35,501 nucleotides of DNA from an uncultured Methanosarcinales archaeon (GTDB lineage Archaea; Nanobdellota; Nanobdellia; Woesearchaeales; CAZXZL01), in assembly GCA_964645415.1 (NCBI GenBank), contig CAZXZL010000005.1:1-35501 (forward strand). Reading direction: 5' to 3'. Every line of letters begins with the position of its first letter. Positions within the stretch are counted from its first letter, which is position 1. The position numbers and the translations under genes are program-made. The notes below the pieces were generated by a model. It was not told where the DNA came from. It saw only the letters and a list, made by a program, of their open reading frames with translations, and ran no database searches. This document shows, piece by piece, positions 19,153 through 27,018 of this stretch.

Positions 19153-19160
19153 TTTATAAA
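19153..19160 (+). promoter_or_regulatory. TATA-box-like element (aatatTTTATAAAag) upstream of porin-like gene 2
   Basis: It matches the shared motif. The SD tagggggtt lies 7 nt before ATG 19216. Confidence 0.4.
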
Positions 19161-19215
19161 AGATATACTACTTACAAGTAATAATTATTTAAGTTTTTAT
19201 TAGGGGGTTATAATA

Positions 19216-20898
19216 ATGTATTTAAAAAATAAAGTTAATAAAATTAAAGAAAAAGGTAAAGATTATATGAAGAAAGCAGGTTATGGTATTGGTGCTTTAG
19301 CTATAGCAGCTTCATTAATGACTGGTAGTGCTGATGCTAGCAACATCAATGATGATTATCAAAATGAAGTTTTAAATGAGATGAATAATCAAAGTGTTCT
19401 TGAGTTAAGTTATGATAGTTTAGATTTAGAAGATAGAGATAATCTTGAAGACGAAATTAATAATGAAAGTAATAGCTATTCTTATAAAGAATCATTAATT
19501 TTAGATGATTTAAGATCAGATAATCTTTCTGCTATTGAACAATATGAAAGTATTGATAAATGGTTAGATGATATGTATCGTGGAAATTTAAAACCAGCAC
19601 ATTATGAACAAGTTATTGGTAATGAAACATGGATAAAACAATTATCAATTATTGATGGTGATGATGTTAGTTATGATGAAATGAAAGATACTCTTCAAAG
19701 TAAATACGATAGAGCATTAAGAAGAGAAAGAAGAGAGAGAGATTTAGATCGAGATGAAAGAGATAGTCCTGAAGTAACAAAATGGAGAGATCTAGATACA
19801 GACGAAATTTTAGAAAGATTAGATGAACTAGATACTGATGAAGATTTAGAAGAAATTGTAGATGATGAAAAAATCGAAAAACCTACACCAGATAAAGTAT
19901 ATGAACCTGACTTAGATGAAGAAAAAGAAGATTATAAAGTAGATGATACATATGAACCTACAGAAGATCCTGATGATGAATATGTTGTTGATACTACTGA
20001 TGATGAAATTGAAGATGATAATGATTATGATCCAATCGAAGAAGATCCTAGTGATTTAGAAGAAATTCTTGATGAAGAAAAAGAAGTAGAAAGAAAATCT
20101 GATATTAATAGAAATTATGTGAGTTTTGAATATGGTCAAAATCAAGGTGCAGGAACTAGCGATATTTATGATACAACTGGTGATGGTGTAACTTTTGAGT
20201 ATGATCAATCAAGTGAAAAAAATATTGAAGTTGGATTTGAAATTCCTGATACTGATTTTAATGTTAGTGGATCATATTTTAGTCGAGATTTAGAAGGAGA
20301 TATGGTTTATGGAATTGATACTGATAATGAGATGGAAGTAGGAGATGCGACTAAAAATCAAACATTACTTTCTCTTGGTGTTGGATATGATTTTGATGAA
20401 AACTTAAATACATCAATTGGAGTAAATAAATATGATGAAGAGAAAATAGCAAACTTTGAAGATGATGATAGAGATTATACATTTGAAGACTCAGATATCA
20501 TCCCAGAAGTAAATGTTAGACAAATTATAGATATTAATGACTCAGATGAACTTGCTTTAGAAGGAACTTTAGATTATTCAACCTCTGATTCAGAATTAGG
20601 TTTTAGATTAGGAGGAGATTATTATTTTGGAGATAATAGAGTTGGATTAGATTTTGATAACACTAAAGTATCAGATAGATTAAATGAAAGAAGTATGAGT
20701 ATTAGTGCTGATAGAACATTTAATGATGATTATAATGTTGGTGTTAGTTATAATAAGTCTTTAGAAGATGATGTTGGAGATAGTATTGGAATTAATGCAA
20801 GTTACACATATGAGGATTTAATGTTAAAATTTGGTGTAGATAGAGGTATTGATGATGATGAACTTGAATCTATACTTGGACTCGAATTAAGTTTTTAA
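19216..20898 (+). CDS. Secreted protein: signal peptide, N-terminal domain, highly acidic linker and C-terminal porin-like beta-rich domain (family B member 2)
   Basis: The signal KKAGYGIGALAIAASLMTGSADASN has an A-x-A-like site. The D/E-rich linker spans about aa 170-295. The C-terminal approx. 260 aa align with the 16802 gene (IYDTTGDGVTFEYD, GDMVYG, EKIANFEDDDRDY, GVSYNKSLEDD). It ends in ESILGLELSF, with a terminal Phe. Confidence 0.8.
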   Translation: MYLKNKVNKIKEKGKDYMKKAGYGIGALAIAASLMTGSADASNINDDYQNEVLNEMNNQSVLELSYDSLDLEDRDNLEDEINNESNSYSYKESLILDDLRSDNLSAIEQYESIDKWLDDMYRGNLKPAHYEQVIGNETWIKQLSIIDGDDVSYDEMKDTLQSKYDRALRRERRERDLDRDERDSPEVTKWRDLDTDEILERLDELDTDEDLEEIVDDEKIEKPTPDKVYEPDLDEEKEDYKVDDTYEPTEDPDDEYVVDTTDDEIEDDNDYDPIEEDPSDLEEILDEEKEVERKSDINRNYVSFEYGQNQGAGTSDIYDTTGDGVTFEYDQSSEKNIEVGFEIPDTDFNVSGSYFSRDLEGDMVYGIDTDNEMEVGDATKNQTLLSLGVGYDFDENLNTSIGVNKYDEEKIANFEDDDRDYTFEDSDIIPEVNVRQIIDINDSDELALEGTLDYSTSDSELGFRLGGDYYFGDNRVGLDFDNTKVSDRLNERSMSISADRTFNDDYNVGVSYNKSLEDDVGDSIGINASYTYEDLMLKFGVDRGIDDDELESILGLELSF

Positions 20899-20957
20899 CT
20901 TGTTTTAATTTTTTATAAAAAGTTTTATTTAGATGTGAGTATATAAATGTTAAAATG
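20806..20957 (+). repeat. Direct repeat copy 1 (last 30 codons of the 19216 gene, its 3' flank and the next start codon)
   Basis: It aligns by eye at about 90% identity with 23802-23957 (acatatgaggatttaatgttaaaatttggtgtagatagaggtattgat...ttaagtttttaacttgttttaattttttataaaaagtttta...). Confidence 0.9.
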
Positions 20958-21380
20958 ATGTTTTATACTCACATGATATTTTCTTCTTTTATTTTTTTCA
21001 TATATTTTTTATTTATAGGAAAAAATTTTGACTTCTCTTTTATTCAAATTTCTTATCTTTTAATTACTGTCTTTTTTTCTTTGTTAAGTGATATTGATTC
21101 TTCTAAATCAAAATTTGGTAGAAAATTTATTTTTTCATTTTTATTTAAACATAGAGGTATATTACATAGTATATATCCATTAATTTTTTTATATCTTATA
21201 AACATATATGCTTTTTTAGGTTACAGTTCCCATTTGATTTTAGATTCACTTACAAAGAAAGGTATAAAACCATTTAATACAAAATTTAAAATTAAAGGAT
21301 TTATAAAAACAGGATCAATTTTTGAAAAAGCAACATTCTTTTGTATATTTCTTGGATTAGTTTATATATTATCTATATAA
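20955..21380 (+). CDS. YdjM/DUF457-like membrane-bound metal-dependent hydrolase
   Basis: It is a polytopic membrane protein with THMIFS, LLSDIDSSKSKFGRK, HRGILHS and SHLILDSLTKKGIKPF. Confidence 0.65.
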   Translation: MMFYTHMIFSSFIFFIYFLFIGKNFDFSFIQISYLLITVFFSLLSDIDSSKSKFGRKFIFSFLFKHRGILHSIYPLIFLYLINIYAFLGYSSHLILDSLTKKGIKPFNTKFKIKGFIKTGSIFEKATFFCIFLGLVYILSI

Positions 21381-21447
21381 AAAATAACTTAAGAAAAAGT
21401 AAAAAATACATAAATAAAAAAGAATACATTTAATAAATTACATTTAG

Positions 21448-21801
21448 TTAAAAATCTTCACTATCTTTTTTGCTATCAAAAAGTTCTTCAACAGATTTTT
21501 TATCCTCTTTAGTTTCATTACTTTTTTTCTTTTTATCAAATTTACTGTAATCTTTATTTTTCATGTTTTTCATGTCTAAGTCTTCAATGAGTTTTGCAAA
21601 AGCTACACTTTCAAGCACTTTTTCTACTTTTATTTTGACTCTTTGACCTTTAACAGCATTTTTTACAAAGATCACAAAACCATCAATCTTAGCGATTCCA
21701 TCACCTTTATCTCCAACATCATTAATCTTCACTTCTAAAACTTCTCCAGCAGTTACAGGCTGTTCTTTCTTACCTTTATTTTTGTTATTTTTTCTATTCA
21801 T
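21448..21801 (-). CDS. TRAM domain protein with K/E-rich tail
   Basis: VTAGEVLEVKINDVGDKGDGIAKIDGFVIFVKNAVKGQRVKIKVEKVLESVAFAKLIE is a canonical stand-alone archaeal TRAM domain. Confidence 0.8.
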   Translation of the reverse strand: MNRKNNKNKGKKEQPVTAGEVLEVKINDVGDKGDGIAKIDGFVIFVKNAVKGQRVKIKVEKVLESVAFAKLIEDLDMKNMKNKDYSKFDKKKKSNETKEDKKSVEELFDSKKDSEDF

Positions 21802-21899
21802 TTCGACTCGACCTTACTAAAAGAAAATCTAAAAAAGTTATATGTTGAAACTTTTTAGAAAATAATCTTATCATTACCATTTTACTTTTATATTAGTAT

Positions 21900-22376
21900 T
21901 TATTTTTTTCGTTTTTTTGATTCTAATAAATCTTTTTTATCTTTTTCATCTAAAACAGGCCTTGCTATTATTGAATCTTCTTTTTCTAAAACAACCCAAT
22001 CATCAAATTTTCTTCTAAGAGTCATTTTAGGTACTTTTGATAAAAGATATGGCCTATTATTTTCATCAAATGTAACTTTAATAAAATATTTATCATGCTC
22101 TTCTTTTAAATCTTTAAGTTTTTTTAAATTTTCATTAAATTTTTTAACACGTTTTTTTTCTTCAATTAAGTTTTCTGGATCAATTTTTTGAAATGGTTTA
22201 ACTAAATTAAAGTTATCAAATTCTGCCCATAAAAAACACTCCCAGTATTCTTTAGGTTTAGGAATTTTTTTTGAATCTTTAGCTAAAAGGTGAACTTTTT
22301 TATTGTAAAAAGCAATTACTGAATCATGCTTTCCTTCACCTTTCTTATTTTTCTTAAACTTAAGTATTATATTCAT
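21900..22376 (-). CDS. Hypothetical basic protein (158 aa)
   Basis: It is a long ORF in AT-rich DNA with no recognised motif. Confidence 0.6.
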   Translation of the reverse strand: MNIILKFKKNKKGEGKHDSVIAFYNKKVHLLAKDSKKIPKPKEYWECFLWAEFDNFNLVKPFQKIDPENLIEEKKRVKKFNENLKKLKDLKEEHDKYFIKVTFDENNRPYLLSKVPKMTLRRKFDDWVVLEKEDSIIARPVLDEKDKKDLLESKKRKK

Positions 22377-22475
22377 ATATATTGAAAATGTTATGTATTT
22401 ATTTAAAGATTATGGTAATATTTTCCATTTTTCATTAAAAGTATTTATAGCTTTGCTTTTATTACATTTTATAAA

Positions 22476-23894
22476 ATGTCTTTAAAAAAGATAATAGATG
22501 ATACTGGTGTAAAAAAAGCTTATATTAGAAATGGTGATATTAAAAAAGAAAATAATATTTTTGATAAAATAAAAAATCTAAACCCATTTAATGATCAACC
22601 TGATATAATATATTCTAATGATCCTATTGAATCAAAAAATTCTATTAAAAGATATTATAATGATAATGAAGTTCACTATAAAAAAAAATCTACTCTTGAA
22701 GGTTTAATAGAATATAATGAATTATCATATGAAAATAAATCAGATAATAAATATGGTTATAAATTAAAAACTCAATTAGATTTACTTAAAAAGTATTATG
22801 AGAACTCAGTATCTGACATTGATTTATCAAACCATACTGATGTACTAAAGAGATTTTATCATCTTAATACATGGAAATCAAGAGTAGAATATATAAACCT
22901 TTTAAAAGATTCAATTCCTGAAAAATTAATTTCTGATATGTATGTGATTATTATGAGTAATAACTATGTTAAGAAAAAGATATTAGATAATGAAAGCATT
23001 TATTCAAATTTAGAAAATATAAAAGATTCAATTAATTTTTATCAACATGAATTAAAAAATTACAATACTTTAGAGATTGTTAATTATTTTAAAAATCGAA
23101 TAAAACATAATTCTAATGATTTAAATATTGATGACTTAGAACTTGAATATAAAAAAGGTTATAATTGGAGTAATTACTTTAAAGAGATAGATAATCTTGA
23201 AATTGATTTTAATGAAAAAAGATTACTTTTTTCAATTTTAGGAGATAATTCATCATTAGAGGGATATTATAATGGAATTAAAAAAAAAGTTGACCAAATA
23301 ATTTCTAAAGAAGGTTCTTTAGAGGAATTAATAGAAGAATTTGAATGTCTAAAGGAAAAAGAAGACATGTCCAATCTTATGGAAGATTACTTAAAAGATT
23401 TAATTAGTTATCATATAGATGGTTTTGATAATGAATATTCTGAAAATAAAGTTAAAAAATATTTTAGTAGTCTAAAAAATAATTTTAAAAATAAGTTAAA
23501 AAGTCTTTCTAATGTTAAAAAAATTAACCCTATAAAAAAACTAAAATCAATATATGATAATAAAAATAAAAGTAATTTATCAAAAAAATATAAATCTACT
23601 AACTCTATTGAAAATAATAATGAAAAAAATAACTTATCTAATAATTTATCAAGTGATAAAAGTAATATTCTAAATGAAGAAATTAAAAAAGATAATTATG
23701 TTTCAGATAAAATTTCTAAAGAGAAAAGTACTTCTTATAATTATGAATCTGAAAATATTTCATATAATGATGATAAATATAATAGTATTAATACAAATCA
23801 TACATATGAAGACTTAATGTTGAGATTTGGTATAGATAGAGGTATTGATTATGATGAACTTGAATCTATACTTGAACTTGAATTAAGTTTTTAA
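22476..23894 (+). CDS. Hypothetical K/N-rich protein (472 aa) with a grafted family-B C-terminal 30-aa strand module
   Basis: It has no signal peptide and the body is unlike family B. The last 30 aa, TYEDLMLRFGIDRGIDYDELESILELELSF, are near-identical to the C-terminus of the 19216 gene, and the nucleotide repeat continues past the stop. Confidence 0.7.
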   Translation: MSLKKIIDDTGVKKAYIRNGDIKKENNIFDKIKNLNPFNDQPDIIYSNDPIESKNSIKRYYNDNEVHYKKKSTLEGLIEYNELSYENKSDNKYGYKLKTQLDLLKKYYENSVSDIDLSNHTDVLKRFYHLNTWKSRVEYINLLKDSIPEKLISDMYVIIMSNNYVKKKILDNESIYSNLENIKDSINFYQHELKNYNTLEIVNYFKNRIKHNSNDLNIDDLELEYKKGYNWSNYFKEIDNLEIDFNEKRLLFSILGDNSSLEGYYNGIKKKVDQIISKEGSLEELIEEFECLKEKEDMSNLMEDYLKDLISYHIDGFDNEYSENKVKKYFSSLKNNFKNKLKSLSNVKKINPIKKLKSIYDNKNKSNLSKKYKSTNSIENNNEKNNLSNNLSSDKSNILNEEIKKDNYVSDKISKEKSTSYNYESENISYNDDKYNSINTNHTYEDLMLRFGIDRGIDYDELESILELELSF

Positions 23895-23957
23895 CTTATT
23901 TTAATTTTTTATAAAAAGTTTTACTTAATTTGAGTATACAAATTTTAAAATAAAATG
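23802..23957 (+). repeat. Direct repeat copy 2
   Basis: See copy 1. Stop codons are 2996 nt apart, and the following ATGs (20955 and 23955) are exactly 3000 nt apart. Confidence 0.9.
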
Positions 23958-24245
23958 AAAAAAGATTTATTTGAAAAGGAATTATTGAAATCTTCTGATC
24001 TTGAAAAAACAATTGAAGAGTATGATTTCTTAAAAATAAATGAAAATTCAGTATCAAATTTTTTAGTATTTGCTGATTATCTAAAAGATATTTATGCATT
24101 TGAAGAATATTTAAAAGATTCCAATAAATCTAATAAAAAAGTTTTTTTATATGGATCAATTATTGCTGCTAAATCATATTTAGTTTATAGACTTGCAAGA
24201 AATTATTTACCAATGATAAGAGATTATCTAACAAATTTATTATGA
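23955..24245 (+). CDS. Hypothetical 96-aa ORF behind the duplicated ydjM-type 5' flank
   Basis: Its ATG occupies the position equivalent to the ydjM-like ATG in repeat copy 1, so it inherits that upstream region. It has a C-terminal hydrophobic helix (VFLYGSIIAAKSYLVY). It overlaps the 3' end of the dph2 relic convergently by 22 nt. Coding status is uncertain. Confidence 0.35.
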   Translation: MKKDLFEKELLKSSDLEKTIEEYDFLKINENSVSNFLVFADYLKDIYAFEEYLKDSNKSNKKVFLYGSIIAAKSYLVYRLARNYLPMIRDYLTNLL

Positions 24246-24487
24246 CCAAAATGTAATATATGATCAAATTCTTTCATACCTAATGGAATATCACATGCAC
24301 CAAAACTAGGTCCTAAGTATAATGCATGATCAATATTATTTTCTTGAAATATATTAGAAATTTTTTTTGAATATGGTTTTAAACCATCTGGAAATTGTAG
24401 TAATACTTTTTTACCTTTATATTTACTTAAATAAATATCGAATTCTAATTTAAGTTCTTTAATCTTGATTTTCATTTTCTGTTTCAA
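24224..24487 (-). pseudogene. dph2: Truncated diphthamide synthase Dph2 (N-terminal approx. 85 aa only)
   Basis: KGKKVLLQFPDGLKPYSKKISNIFQENNIDHALYLGPSFGACDIPLGMKEFDHILHFGHNK matches the N-terminal region of archaeal Dph2 (approx. 330-340 aa), i.e. ..vliQ.PeGL...a..la..le......fl.g....GaCd........d.liHlGHs. The remaining approx. 250 aa are absent. All three minus-strand frames downstream hit stops within about 20 codons. Confidence 0.55.
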
Positions 24488-25388
24488 ATATTAAATTATC
24501 TTGAATTTCATTATATCTTTTCATATATTTTTCAGAATCTCTCATCTTTTTCAATTCTTTTGAAAAACCATATAATTCTTTTAACCATAATAAAATATCA
24601 TCTTCGATATCTTCATTAAAGTTTATTTTAATTTGATCTTCTCTAAATTTAATTTCTCTATTAGCTATCTCTTTTCTTAAATATCTTTTTGATGAGTGAA
24701 TAAACTTATCTATTAATAAGTCAGGTTTTTCAATAGGTAAAGATAATGTTATTTTTGGAAAATCATTAAATTTTACATTAATTTTCATATTTCCTTCTTT
24801 TGGTGCAAATATTGTAACTTCAGATTTTTTTAATTCTATATTAAAACCATTATTTTTTTTATTAATATATGATTTAAACTTCTTAATAGATTTTAAATTT
24901 GGATTATGTTCTTTATTAACTTTCTCATTAATAAAAGATTTTACTTGTCCATTTGGAACAAATATTTTTTCAAAAGAAGACATATCTTTAGAAAAAGTTT
25001 TTAATTTTCCTTTTGTGTTTTCTTCAAAAATTATTGGATTTCTTTGAGGTTCACAATATGCCAATAAGCTTTTATAAACACATCTTTTATTCATATTAGA
25101 AATAGTGTTAGTAATTTTTTTAACACCAATTGTACCTTCAACAAATTCAGAAAAAAATGATGGAAATCCATTTAATTCATCTATTTCAAATGAACTTATT
25201 AATAATATTACTTCTTCATCTAATTTATTTGAAGCATATTTTACAGCTTTTTTAGTAAATATTTTTGGATTATAAGAAAATAATGGTAATTTGAAATCAA
25301 TTAATTCTATATCTATATCATCTATACTTAACTCTTCTTTTAAATATCTACCATATCCTCTATTTTTATCAAATAATAAGAATTTCAT
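24459..25388 (-). CDS. Degenerate HAM1/ITPase-like domain protein with an approx. 130-aa C-terminal extension
   Basis: FEIDELNGFPSFFSEFVEGTIGVKKI and YKSLLAYCEPQRNPIIFEENTKGKL align with the archaeal HAM1 core (..veaLnGfPGtYSkfvqetiG.egi.. / ..viGyc....v.lf.G.vkG.i). The catalytic-type motifs are replaced: T-x-N-x-x-K becomes FDKNRGYG, E-D-S-G becomes ISSF, and S-H-R is absent. Confidence 0.5.
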   Translation of the reverse strand: MKFLLFDKNRGYGRYLKEELSIDDIDIELIDFKLPLFSYNPKIFTKKAVKYASNKLDEEVILLISSFEIDELNGFPSFFSEFVEGTIGVKKITNTISNMNKRCVYKSLLAYCEPQRNPIIFEENTKGKLKTFSKDMSSFEKIFVPNGQVKSFINEKVNKEHNPNLKSIKKFKSYINKKNNGFNIELKKSEVTIFAPKEGNMKINVKFNDFPKITLSLPIEKPDLLIDKFIHSSKRYLRKEIANREIKFREDQIKINFNEDIEDDILLWLKELYGFSKELKKMRDSEKYMKRYNEIQDNLIFETENENQD

Positions 25389-25424
25389 ATATAATTTAAT
25401 TATGGTAGATATAAAAATTTTTTG

Positions 25425-26117
25425 TTAGTGATTTTTTTTAACTTCTAAAAGTTGATTAAGAGCTAAAAAATAGTGTTTTAACTTAACTTTACTATCACCT
25501 TTTTCTTTCCATTTAACAGGTATTTCTTTAATCTTATAACCTTTTTTTCTAGCAATATATAATATTTCAAAATCAAAACCAAATCCATCTATTGTTTGTT
25601 CTTCAAATATATCTAAAACATCTTTTCTAAAAAGTTTAAAACCACATTGTGTATCTTTTAAATTAAGGTGTAGAATTGATTCTACAATGAAATATGATGT
25701 TTTTCCAAGAATTTCTTTTAAAGGTTTTCTTTCTGCTTTAGGAGATACTCTTGATCCGATTACAATATCGTAATTGTCTATAAATTTAATTATTTTTTCA
25801 AATTGATTTAAAGGAGTTGCAAGATCTGCATCCATCATTAAATTAATCTCTCCTTTAGATACATGCATCCCTCTTTTTACTGCATATCCTTTACCTTTAT
25901 TTTTATTATAGGATAGAAGTTTTAAATTATTATAATTAGATTCTTTTTTTATTTTTTTTACAATATCTTCTGTATTATCTTTAGATCCATCATTTACAAT
26001 AATTATCTCGAATTCATCTTTTTCATATAATTTTAGAAAATAATTCCTAGTTTCTTTTATTGTTTTTTCAATTAAATTTTGTTCATTATATGAAGGTATT
26101 ATGATTGATAATTCCAT
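25425..26117 (-). CDS. GT2 glycosyltransferase (dolichyl-phosphate hexosyltransferase-like)
   Basis: The motifs are LSIIIPSYNEQ, EIIIVNDGSKDNT, NKGKGYAVKRG and MMDADLATP (DxD). Confidence 0.85.
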   Translation of the reverse strand: MELSIIIPSYNEQNLIEKTIKETRNYFLKLYEKDEFEIIIVNDGSKDNTEDIVKKIKKESNYNNLKLLSYNKNKGKGYAVKRGMHVSKGEINLMMDADLATPLNQFEKIIKFIDNYDIVIGSRVSPKAERKPLKEILGKTSYFIVESILHLNLKDTQCGFKLFRKDVLDIFEEQTIDGFGFDFEILYIARKKGYKIKEIPVKWKEKGDSKVKLKHYFLALNQLLEVKKNH

Positions 26118-26177
26118 TTTAATATTTCATCTCTTTGTTATTATATTTAATTAAATGCTTTTTAAATTTATTTATTT

Positions 26178-26903
26178 TTAATTAGAAAATATTCTTTTTG
26201 TATTATTTATTATTACTTTTTTCATAGGTTTTTGTTTTATTTTTTCAATTACAGGAATACTTTCTTTGATTCTATGAGGAAAATTTTTTGTTTTATCTGA
26301 AGATAAAAAAGGAGAATCAGTTTCTAAAAGTATTTTATCATCATCAATTAATTTAACTATTCTTTTAAAATGGTCACTTCTTAAAACATTTGTAGGTATA
26401 GAAAAATAATGACCTAATTTTAAAGCTTCTTTTACTAAATTCATATTACCTGAAAAACAATGTAGAATAGAAGATCTTTTTGCATTTTTCTTTAACATCT
26501 TAATTACTTCTTTTTCAGCTTTTCTTGTATGAATAGACATTGGTACATTTAATTCATTTGAAATTTGAATAACTTTTTTAAATACCTCTTTTTGTTTATC
26601 AAAGTTATTATAAGTTTTATCTAAACCAACTTCTCCAATTAATTTTGGATTATTATTTTTTATAAACTTTAAAACATTTTCTTCATTTTTCCATAAAACT
26701 TTTCTTACTTTTGGTGAAGGATAAATACCATATCCTGGCATTAAAACATCTTTATTACTTTCCCATAACTTTTTGACTTTAGAGTTATTATCTCCAGTAC
26801 CAACTACAATAGCTTTGAAATTATTTTCTCTTAATTTTTTTAATGCATAATCTACTTCTTCTTCATTATAATAATCAAAGTGACAATGTGTATCTATTAG
26901 CAT
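26178..26903 (-). CDS. tatD: TatD-family metal-dependent hydrolase/DNase
   Basis: The motifs are MLIDTHCHFD, GEVGLD, SIHTRKA, LHCFSG and ETDSPF. Confidence 0.85.
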   Translation of the reverse strand: MLIDTHCHFDYYNEEEVDYALKKLRENNFKAIVVGTGDNNSKVKKLWESNKDVLMPGYGIYPSPKVRKVLWKNEENVLKFIKNNNPKLIGEVGLDKTYNNFDKQKEVFKKVIQISNELNVPMSIHTRKAEKEVIKMLKKNAKRSSILHCFSGNMNLVKEALKLGHYFSIPTNVLRSDHFKRIVKLIDDDKILLETDSPFLSSDKTKNFPHRIKESIPVIEKIKQKPMKKVIINNTKRIFSN

Positions 26904-27018
26904 TTTAAATATGGTTAAAGTGTCATTATAAAAATACTTTTATTTATTCATTCAATGTTATTCACAATCTTATTTTTATTATTAAATTCATTATGATACT
27001 ACTATTATTTGTATCACT

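Noticed and set aside
23896-24099. 67-aa minus-strand ORF, considered as a possible continuation of dph2
   Set aside because: The sequence (MHKYLLDNQQILKNL...) has no Dph2 similarity and is not contiguous with the relic. It overlaps the 96-aa plus-strand ORF and the repeat copy.
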